Assembly (NCBI GenBank): GCA_009103225.1
Contig: RHPI01001946.1
Coordinates: 186,001-250,000, forward strand
Length of the DNA stretch: 64,000 bases
From: Chlorokybus atmophyticus
Lineage: Eukaryota; Plantae; Mesostigma and Chlorokybus algae
Direction: 5' to 3'
Below, one piece after another: positions 50,132 through 60,791 of the stretch. Every line of letters starts with the position of its first letter. Position 1 is the first letter of the stretch. The notes below the pieces were generated by a model that did not search any database, was not told the DNA's origin, and saw only the letters and a program-made list of their open reading frames with translations. Both the position numbers and the translations under genes were made by a program.

Positions 50132-53100
50132 TTACGGTCTCTTCAGCAACTGGCTCTTAGCCACAACCCGCTCGACCGCATCCCTCTGGTGTGGCAAAAG
50201 CTCATTACCAGCGCCTGACACTAGCATATACTCGGGTAGGAATGGATCAGTCACTTCACCCCTGTACAAGCCATGGGTTAGAGGCATATGGACTATCACT
50301 TGTTAACATGAAACTGCAAGCCTGGCAACCACACAGCAGTTGGAAGCCAGCATGCCTGTGGCCGCAGAGGGCTTCAATCGTTGCCAGGCCGCAGAATGGC
50401 ACATATGAAGCAGAATAACCACCTGTTGAATACCACACTCATGTGGGCAACTATCTGCGCACATAACACCAGATCTAAAGTGCAGTGCATATGTGCACAT
50501 AAGTGGCTGACTGCTCACCTTCATGGCAAAGTACAAGCCTGCCTTGGCAATGTTTGTCCGCTGCTTGCACAACCAACTCTGCAATGCAAGAAACACTGCT
50601 GCATCAGTACCAATGCTGCATACTGTACCATGGTACTCTGTTTTGAGTATGCACCAGACACAGCTTGTGTGCACACCTTATGAATATGTTTATAACGTTG
50701 CCATGTGCAAGCTGGCAACGCACCTGTCATTTGGCGAAAAGTTTCTGATGTGCAAAGCATTCTGCCCAAAGGGTCCTGCACATGGTAAACAAGTTGCAAT
50801 GCATCAGCGAGTGGATGATGTGTGCCAGTTCAGTGGGCTCACATTGATACCAGCGTCGAACCCACAGGAAACCAGTAACAATTGCGGCTCGAATGCCTCA
50901 AGCGCAGGAACAATTATCTCCCTAAACGCGTGTATGTACGCAGCGTGGCCGCTTCCGGCCGGCAGCGGCACGTTGATTGTGTATCCTAACATCAGCACAC
51001 ACTGTGAGACAGGCTGCCACGTGTACGTGGGTGTTGCCTTTGCAAACATAACGCACGGGGCATACGCACCGTGATTACACATGAGCGGTGCGTATGCCCC
51101 GTGTGCTTTGCGCGCACGCGTGAGCACACACACAACAACCAAATTTACATGCGTCCTAGTTCAGTCATTGCGTGTTGTGGGCTGTGTGACCAACCTTCAC
51201 CAGCTCCGCTGCCAGTCTCCTCAACACCACCTGACTCCATGGGATAATGTCTGTCCTGCACAATCCCGTTGAGCATGCGCGTGTGTGAAGGTATGACAAC
51301 GTCAATCCCCAATCAGCAACCACCTGATGCAAAGAAATGAAGAGCGTCTGTTCATTGTCATAGAACGCTTGCTGGGTGCCATTGCCATGATGAACCTGAA
51401 ATCCAGTATCAGAAGACAATACGGCAAGTCCACTCTTGCACACGACTGCGTTATCAATGCATAAGACGAATCCATTTACAATTCCTAGCAGCATGCTTAC
51501 ATCCCAGTCCACAATGGCTATCTTCTGCACTCCTCGCGCCTGCCGAGCTGGCTTGCATACAGCACATTCAAGTAAGCAGGTTGCATTGTGCACGGTTTCA
51601 TATAGAGAATGCCAGGCCCTTCTTACCATGCAGTGCGGCTATGACGATGTTGTTGAGGAGACAGAAGCCTCTGCCGCGATATCTTTCTGCGTGATGACCA
51701 GGAGGCCGAACGAGTGCGTAACAGTTCTGCACAAATCCTGCGCGCAATGCCATGCTGTTCACACTGTGGACACGGCGTCCTTTGTGTCTGTCACTGTGCA
51801 TATATCAACAGGGCGTACCTGCACATGTTTGCATAAAGTTGCATACACATATTGAGACGCACACACTATGCACATGCACGTGTACATAAGGGCAATCGTT
51901 GGGTGCGCTTATACTGCAATAGTATACTCTAGCACATACGCTTGCTAATTCACAACATGGACAGGAGCGACATGTTTATACGTGTGCGACTACTATGTGT
52001 ACAAGCACACGTATATACACATTCAGCACATGATGAGTACAAATGTACTGCGTACATATGTATGTGTACATAAACGCACGGCATGGTGTGCATGCATGCA
52101 TGGCGAACATGCACTCTTCATCACATGCAGCACAGCGCTCTCCACCGGAATCCATCAACCCTCCACCCAAAAATCATGCACTTGTCCACCCTCTCTCACC
52201 ATCAAGAACTGCATCGACGGCGGCGATGCAACCCCCCGCAGCAAGTGCGGCAATATCAAACCCGCCCGGGCCAAACGGTGTTGCCTCTCCCGCGTTGCCA
52301 CCAACGCTATCGCTCATCATCCGCAGCCGCTGAATGTAATCATCCGTGTGGAAGCGCAATATCTCCTCATCCTGCATACAAGCCATGGTTTGTATGGTGT
52401 TATGCTTGCCTCACTATGCAGCTGTGTCACGTGCAACTCCCTTGTTGAGGTGACTTGTGCATCCGACACTTAAGACGCATATGTAAGACAACTACTAATG
52501 AGTGTTAATGTGCAATGCACTGATCTGCTGCGACTACTGCGAGTGTGTTGCGCAGACCATGTTCACAGATGAACTGTGTGTGACCGACAATGTGTATTAT
52601 CAAAGCTGACTTGCTTTATGTGTCTTACAACTCTAGTGAGTTCATTCTGGTGAAAGGCATACACACTCACATGTGTCACAGCGAGCGTGCATGTGCACTC
52701 TAAGAAGTGGAAATGTAGACAATTTGTAACAAATGGCGGTAAATGTTTGTCAGATTCACCTCAAGAAGGTACTTGTCGTACCAGCGATTCCCTTTGCGTG
52801 AGTGTGCAAGTTACTCACATAATGAAACTCTGTGGAGTTTCAGACTCACTTCAAGAGTGTACTTGTCGTACAAACGACTCTCTTTGCGTGAGTGCGAATA
52901 CTCACTTGTTGAAGCTATGGAGTACACATCATGAGCCAGCTGTGCAAACAAAACAGGCAGTTGAGTGCTGGACACAACTCATCCACATCTTACGGTTGCT
53001 GGCCGGGGTCGAACGCTCTCAACAATGCCATTGTCCAACATGCCAGCGACGTGCAAGAGCGAATGCAGCCTCCGCTTCGTCTCAGACGATTCAGCCCCAG

Positions 53101-53799
53101 GAAGCGGCTGCATGCATCGCGTCGCAGGCCAGCCATAGCCTCCACTGCCCAAACTGCAAGATAGAGAAGAGTGCAATATGTATGAGCTCATGCAAGTTGT
53201 GCAGTCAAAGTGAGCATTTGTGATAAGACACGCCACCAATCGAGTCAGTCGGTGTTCCTTGCACTGTGCTCGAGCTTAGCCATGGTTGTTTCCAATAACA
53301 ATGGGTCTGTGGTTGTGGTTCATACACGCACTGACTGGCTTGCATAAGCAGGTGCGGGGTACTGATTGGTTTTCCTTTGTACCTGTCAAAGAGACTACAC
53401 TGCAGCAGCAAGCGGCACTATGTTGCTTATAAGGCAGTGACAGAATCAGCAATGGCCAAGAAGAAGGCCCATAGAAGCCAAGAAACAAGGGTTGGCATGT
53501 TCTGTTGTTGCTTCTGTTCCTAGACATGCGACGTTTTTTGTGGTTTGCTGTCGTTTGCAGGTCATTGCTCATGCAGAGCATACATTGTCCAGGTAGTGAA
53601 AAGACAGTTAACCACCACCACAACAGCAACCAATGCCCCCAGCTTGCCTGTCCTCATAGCCCATGCCAGTGTCGTGCCATATGTACAGCTCGTGCCACAC
53701 GTAGCCCGTCACCGCTCTGTGCTTGCCACCTCCCTCATGGCCCTGCCCCTCCTTGTCAGCCCCAGGCCCACTCCTAGCTGCCGCCGCCGCCGCCTTCAT
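50132..53799 (-). CDS. Class II histone-deacetylase-like amidohydrolase (bacterial HDAH type), multi-exon
   Basis: TGYVWHELYIWHDTG; MQP..E.SETKRRLHSLL; RFHTDDYI..GGNAGEATPFGPGGFDIAALAAGG; YALVRPPGHHA..GFCLLNN; IVDWDV|HHGNGTQ..FISLHQ; INVPLPAGSGHAAY..VSCGFDA; DPLGRM; GGYS.SYVPFCGLATIEAL. The catalytic HH, D-V-H, D and Y residues are present. The exact 3' end (TAA 50132-50134) is uncertain. Confidence 0.9.
52751..52924. repeat. 90-bp tandem repeat (2 copies) inside a deacetylase intron
   Basis: caga(t/c)tcac(c/t)tcaaga..gtacttgtcgtac...ctttgcgtgagtg...tactcac starts at 52751 and at 52841. Confidence 0.9.
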
Positions 53800-53929
53800 G
53801 CTGGTGCATGAGCTTGTGCAGGTTGACGTTAATGCCTGTGGCCTGGTAGGAGGCATAGTAGCCTTGGGAGGCGGCGGCGGTCGGAGGAGGAGGGTGTGGT
53901 GGAGGCGCAGGTGGAGTTGGTGGAGGGGC

Positions 53930-56900
53930 ATGGCGTCGTCGTCGCCGGGCGCGGCGGGGTTGCTGGACGAGCACAGGGAGCTGTACGACGTGCTGAACGT
54001 CCCCGTCGACGCCACTCAGGCGGAGATTAAGCGGGCCTTCCGGACGCTTGCACAGGCGAGTGAGGCGTATGTGGCACACGCAGCGTGCTTGTGACAGCTG
54101 ACGACGCCCATGCAAGCAGCTGCATTGAGGCTTGTTGACACCTGGCAGTGCATTCTAGTGGATTAGCATGCATTCACACATGCTCGGACTGTTAGCTAGG
54201 AATGAGCTTGGCAAGCATCATCGCTCGCCCCCAAGTTTCAGGGCATGCAACAATGGCTGGCAATGCATGCCTTGAAGAAACAGAATGCACTTGCTTAGAA
54301 GTGGTGCATACGTACATGCTAACACAGCTTGCGGGGGTGTAATGGCATCGCAAGCAAGCATGCGTGCATTCACATGCTTTGAAAATAACCTTATCAGCTG
54401 GCAAAAAGCAATTGCACTGCACAGCAGTTGCTTACATGCGTCGCTAGCTGTCAAGCCGCCTTGGTAGCTTGTTTTACGCACTACTGGCCTGGCGGAAGCC
54501 TGACCGAAGCAACACAAGTAGTTTTCAATATTCTGGATATGCTGAACACTGTTCAGCAACCAGCTTTGCAGCCTCGCCACGCTTGCATTGCAACCAACCT
54601 ATCATTGGCGTAGCACAAACATGCTTTGAACATTTTTCTGGACTCGAGGTGGTCGCTTCATGTGTTTGCTTGTAAAAGTATATGCACTGTCGTGTTTAAA
54701 CGTATACAACTGATCACCCTTGGAGCATGGCCTGTAACATCACAAAAGCGTGGCATCTCAGAGTTGTTCAGTTCTGGATGCTTTCTTGAGATGCCTTGTC
54801 ATAGTGTCACACAGCTGCTGGCAGCGTGAAGGCTGTAAAAGCACGTTGTAAGCAAAGCACCGAAGCCATTTTTCAAACAGTAACCGAAACACTGTTAGAC
54901 AAACCGAGTAACATTGTTCGGGTATTGTTGGAACAGGAGGTGGTTGTAATTGTTCCAATAAACCCATTGTCATTGGTCCCTGTTCGGCCTCTTACTGATC
55001 AAGATCCATCTATCAGTAATAAACGTATTATATCCTGCATGACAGGCTGTGCACCCAGACAAGCATAGAGACCCTGATGTGCGAGCCACTGCAACAACAC
55101 AATTCAACCGGTTACGCGAAGCCTATGAGGTAACTTGCTTGATGCTACTCACTTGTGCCTTTCATTATGACCAACAAGAAGCTTCTTCCCATTGACTCAC
55201 TGGTTTGTGCTCGTGCAATATCTAAGTTGTGTGCTCCTGTGCAGTCCATACCAGGATATTGAGTGTTGGGTTTGGCATACTGTATGTGTGTATTTACATG
55301 ACATGCAACCCACAATCCAACACACAGGTTCTCAGCCACCCAGAGCTGCGCCACATTTACGACCACTATGGCGTCACGGGCATCAATGCTGGGCGCGAGC
55401 TCTCGCAGCCGCTCACAATGCTCGCAGAGGTCAAGCGCCAAGTTGAACGCATGCAGGTAGGCAACAGTAAACGTTTTATGTGTCTTGCTGTGTGGCTGCA
55501 GTCCTGTTCGCAAGAACACGTGCATTGGAACACGGCATGCATGCGGTAAACCAAAACTGTACATATGTCGAGTTTTATACATGCAAGTCCATCACAACAA
55601 ACAGATCCTCTAATCTTGCAAACATTACTGCGCGTGCAAGTGATTTGTGTGATCACACATTGTGTATCACGCGTGAGCTGTGCGAAGGGAAAAATCTCTA
55701 AACAACTGCATGCATGCAGGCGCAAGCACAAAGGCAAGCGCTGGAGGCTCGGCTCGGTTACAACTCCACGGTACTGTTTGGCTTTAGCGCTGCGCATCTG
55801 CTCGACCGATACAGCCGCTACCCGCCAAATACATCACCCTTCCCTGAACTGACACAGTGAGCCACATCTCATGCGCACACCTCCGCATAACACCCACTTA
55901 AACACTTGCTCTTGCATATAACTCACAGCTCATCACATCATGAACATTATACAGTCATGCACTCACGCACATGCATGCACCCAAACTTTTTCATATGGTT
56001 CATATATGCGTGAAAACGCTCATTTCAAGCTTGGACGCTGACTGGGATGCGAACAATTACCCACCTCACTTCTCTTCTCAGGACTGTCATCAATGTGGCA
56101 ATGCACGCGCCCCTCTCCCAGAAGAACACGTTGATATTCGGCGGCTCTGCAATGGTTCGACGAGGCCTCGGCGGTGGCGGCATGCTCGCGGGCTTCAGAC
56201 GGCAGTGCTCGCCAGTCAGCTCCCTCGAAGTGTCTGCGCAACTTGGAACGCGCGCGATTATCCAACTATATGCCCGTAGGTGCGTGACGACGCCTTTCCT
56301 TTGCAGGATACTCAAGCCCAATCAAGCACGTTACAGGACCGAGTGCATTATGTCTGAGTATGGAAAGCACGTTGTGGTGAAAGTTCATCTATACATGCAT
56401 TTGATATAAATACACCATATTGCACAACGCCTTCTGGCACATGTCCGTGCACACATACACATGTTATGCACATGCATGGAAACACACGCACCTGTACACC
56501 TGCATGCATGCATACAACCTGTGGTGCCGGCAACAGTTACTAATATATTTTGGTGCAGGCAGTTGTCTGCACACAGCTCTGGCAGCATCATGTTTACTTT
56601 GAACCCGCGCGATCTGAGCAACGGCTTGACGCTGAGCATAAACCGGCAGCTTACAAACCACACATTTGGCCAGGTGCGTGCATGACACAGTTGTCATCAT
56701 ACTGATCAACAACTTGTTTCGTCTTGAAAGCACTTACATGTGCCATTGCTCATGTGTCCTTTGCAGATGTCTTGGAGTTTGGGGATGGATCCCGGCATTG
56801 CAATGAATGTTTCAAGGAAAGGTGTTACCCGCGTCGTTGCGGGCGATTTGCGGGTACATCTTGTGGCTTTGTATTGTGTTCTGCTGAAGACACATCACGA

Positions 56901-58483
56901 TGGGATGAAATCTACAGTTGCTTGGGTCAAACTCGTGGAAACTCTGTTGCAGATTGGTCTAACAAGCATGGGTGTTGGCGGATCATACACCCAACAGCTC
57001 TCACCAAAGTCGAGCACAAAGGTTTCAGCCAAAGTGGGCAGGTACAAATTACGTACGACTGTATTGTTCCACTAGCTAGCTTATCTATTGTGTTTGCTCA
57101 TGGGTTTGTGCAATCAGCACTGGTGTAGAGATGGAGCTCGGCGCATCACATCAGCTGTCCGAGCACAGCAGCGGCGGCGTCGCACTTGTGATCGGTTTAC
57201 AGGTAACATGTACTATGTCACTGCAAGTCAAGTGCTTGTGCACCACTGACACTCAGTTTGTCTGCAGGGAGTATCAATGCGGTTTCGTTACACTCGCATA
57301 GGGCAGAAGTTCATCATTCCCGTGCTGCTCTCCCCCGCACTCCACTGGCAGGTGGTGTTGGGTAGCCTTGTGGGACCTGTAACGCTGTTCGCCATTTTGA
57401 AGGTACGCAGTTTCGTGGTTGTCTGTTGCAATTTGTCAAGTGATAAACTGCTTGTCCTTATGACTGCGTATGTCTGCCAGACAGTTCATGGTAACATGCA
57501 TGATGTAGACAAAACACACTTGCATTCATGTGCGCGTGCGTGTCACAAAGGGCAGCATGCGCTCAACCTGCGACTGAATTGTGATCCCAATGTTATCGTG
57601 TCTTGCGTATGTGTAGAGGTTCTTCCTGGATCCCATAGCCAAGGGGCGCCAGGACCGCAAGCAGCGTGAGGTCGCAGCGCGCGAAGCCGCAATGGTGAGG
57701 GATGCGCGCGAGACTGCGGCGGCAAATGCAGCTTTGCTGCGCCCTGCGGCTGCGCGGCAGACAGCTGCTGAAGAAGGTAAAGTGACGGATATTATACCTG
57801 CCATATTCACGCCTTCACTCATTTACTCACTTTTGGTTCATAGAATGGTGCATTAAATGATGGGTCTTGTTGTGCATGTGGTCGATCACTCTCGTCTTAT
57901 TTCACTACCTCACTGACCCATCATCTTGGCTTACTGAATCAGTCACTGATGTGGTTGGCAGCGTGCAATGGGCTTATCATTGTGGAGGCGGTGTACGGTG
58001 ATCTGGTGTCAGACAGAGCTTCCGATGCACACGAAGGGGAGGAGACGTTGCCGCGATGGATAGATGTAACGATCCCACTGCGCTTCAGGGTGCAGAACAG
58101 CAGACTGCAGGTATGGATGGTGTCACACCAAACTCGCCTGTGTGAAGTAAGCCTCTTGTTTGTGCAATGCCATTGAAGTGTGCTTAATGTGTGTTTCTGC
58201 GCAGCTTCATGAGTCTGTTCAAAAGCCTGGGATAATGGGCTTCTGCGATCCGAACCCGGGCGCTCCCAAGGCACTGCGCATCAAGTACCTTCACAGGGGC
58301 AGGTTGCACCAGGCAAGTGCACTTGTTAGATCGCTCGTGTCAACATGTCTGTCGTCAATGTGTATGGAGTTCTGATGTGGTGAGTATTTGATGATTGTGC
58401 AGGTCACGGTTCCCGACGAGCAGGGCGTTTGGTTACCCAATGCAACGCATCGGCTGCCTGATGATGAACAGCCCCCAGGATGA
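53930..58483 (+). CDS. DNAJC11/OWL1: DNAJC11-family J-domain protein (plant ATJ13/OWL1-like) with C-terminal DUF3395-type domain
   Basis: ELYDVLNVPVDATQAEIKRAFRTLAQ; HP motif exon with FNRLREAYE (55040-55130); VLSHPELRHIYDHYG; SMRFRYTRIGQKFIIPVLLS; GLIIVEAVYGDL..IDVTIPLRFRVQNSRLQ|LHE..KPGIMGFCDPNPGAPKALRIKY..RGRLHQ|VTV.D; stop TGA 58481-58483. Confidence 0.92.
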
Positions 58484-59076
58484 ATAGGGAGCTAGGGGTG
58501 GCAGGGCCACTTGTAAGTTGATCTTATGTTGCACTTGTGTGCATACTTACGCGGTAGGGATAGACTCCATTCTTGATGCGAGGATTGCGCGTTGGGGTGT
58601 GCAGCCTGCATTACACAATACGGTTGATTGCAAACAATCTGCATCCGTTTGTTATCAACCCTTTAGCTCAGCTTGCACAAAACACATGTGCAGCAATTGC
58701 GGACATGCTGGCATGATAATTTCCAAGAATGTATGTGGCCCAGCAAGAGTTGGGCCACACAAGCGAGGTAAACAAGTCAAGGCTGGTTGTGGCTAGCTTA
58801 ATTGAAGCACTTGGGTTGACCTGGATGCCTAATGAGCTTTCTTGTCAAGGTCATGCGACATACACAGCTCAGCCCAATGTGAAACGAACCTGTGCAACTT
58901 ACGGGTATTGCAACTACACATTCAGACTCAGCAGGCTGCTCACACTATATGCAGATCATTGCAATAGGTGTACACACCAATATGGATCACACAGCAACAA
59001 CACATAGGTATACACATGTTTGCTTGCATTTTGTTGTCGCGGCATTGCATACTTTGTACACCAACACGCCTAGGCA

Positions 59077-60131
59077 CTACCTCTTTGTTTTCCTATGGAA
59101 CACCACTCCCTTAGTCTTGCTTTTGCCGCGCCCGCCTTTCTTCCCTGCCTGCCCCTTCTTCCCCTTGTTGTTTCCCTTCTTCTTACTTATGCCTCCCTTG
59201 GCTTTGAGACTCGAGCCAGCACGGCCCCTCGTGTCCCCACCAACATCCATCGGCTCAGCACCAGCCTGGGACACACATGCAGATGAAGCATGCAGTAAGA
59301 TTGAGGTACTACGCACATGCACTAGGGGAACCACAATGTTTGCATACTGACAAACAGATCCCCAAAAAACAAATGCGACTAACTGCTGACATTTGCATAT
59401 GCACACGCTGCCTGCACGCGCCATGTGAAACACGTAGAAGAACATATGTGTGCATACAAGTCTGCGTGTACACGCATAGATGCATACATGCTGCGGTGCG
59501 AGTCACGTGCGTACGCGCTCTTGCATATGTACGCGCACAGACGTACACAGGCATGCGCGGCCCAACACATACCCTGCTTGCGTGCGTTTGCGTGCACGCA
59601 AGCAGACAGAATGTGACTGTCTCTGTATGTGTATGCGGCATGTATCCCAACCATGTCAAACAAGGCACCTGCTCCTGAGTGGTGTCCATGAAGGGCTCGT
59701 CCTGCTGATTCACGACCGGTACAGCCTCTGCCGCTGCGGCCTTTGCGAGCGCGGACTGAATGGCAGTCTCCCGAGCTGCATAACGACCACACGTAATGCA
59801 TCAAACTAAGCGGCTTCTTGATATCAGCAGGATGAACCTAAGAGGGCGCAGAAAACACGTTCTTGCTCCCATGACGTAAAGAGTGCAAATGCCAGTCGCC
59901 TCTGTACAGACTGGTCAACTCACTTCATACGAATGCATGCACACCACAACACAAACACGACACCTGCTGCTCAAAATGTACGCATGTGCGATACACAAAG
60001 ACCACAGGTGACAGCCATATATGTTCAGTACTCTGACCCCACTTGCCTTTGACTAGCTCGCTGTTGGCCACAATCTCCCTTGCCTGCGTGCGCAATCGCT
60101 TCTCCCGCTTGGACCTTATCCCCTTGCCCAT
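59077..60131 (-). CDS. LLPH: LLP homolog / Laps-family small basic nuclear protein, 3 exons
   Basis: N-terminal MGKGIRSKREKRLRTQAREIV matches the plant LLP signature M.KS.RSKREKRLR..RRE. Middle exon ARETAIQSALAKAAAAEAVPV..; Lys-rich C-terminus ..KKGGRGKSKTKGVVFHRKTKR* (TAG 59077-59079). Confidence 0.75.
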
Positions 60132-60619
60132 GGTTGTGTATAGTGTTCCGCTTGTAGTTGATTCTGTTGGGCAATCTCTTGTGTCTTGTTACAACAGAAA
60201 ACGCTGGCTTCTTGCTCGGCCGCAAGTCAAGCTGTTAAAGCACGCAACGAGTTGGGCGTTAAACGAGCGACACAATGCTGAAAGAGACTAGACTAGACAT
60301 AAACAGTAAAGAAGTATGCTTGCGTTTATATGTGCGCGCAGACACGAGCGCGAAAAAAGAACTTTATCGACCAACATAAGGACATAGACGTCAACACCCT
60401 ACACAAGCAAACAGCACACGCTCAGGTTCTATTATCACATGTAGACATTGTAGACAAAGGCTTCGCAGTGCTTGGCATGCGTGCTTGTGCTGCGCTGGCC
60501 ATTAAGCAACAAAGCCGACCTAAGACGAGCGTGAGTTCAATAAGCAGAAGCTTACCAAGACTATAGAAACAAGGCGCAACCTCTCTGCCCAGCAATCTAC
60601 CTTGCAGAATACCCGCATG

Positions 60620-60790
60620 CACCACCACCGCCGCCGCCGCCGCCGCCCGACAAGCCCTAATTGACTTAATTGGGCCTGGTAAATACCAGTCCCTTAACGC
60701 TGTGCATGATTCCTAATCACCCTAATAATGGACAGGCTAACCTCAACTCTGCGTGGCGGTGGCGGTGGCGGTGGCGGCGACATCCGTAGC
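60620..60790. promoter_or_regulatory. Putative bidirectional promoter core with site II-like and telo-box-like motifs between inverted GCC/GGC tracts
   Basis: (CCG)n at ~60627-60647 and (GGCGGT)n at ~60755-60780 flank TGGGCC (60671-60676) and CCCTAA motifs (~60655, ~60720), between the divergent LLPH and ZMAT2 genes. Confidence 0.5.
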
Positions 60791-60791
60791 C

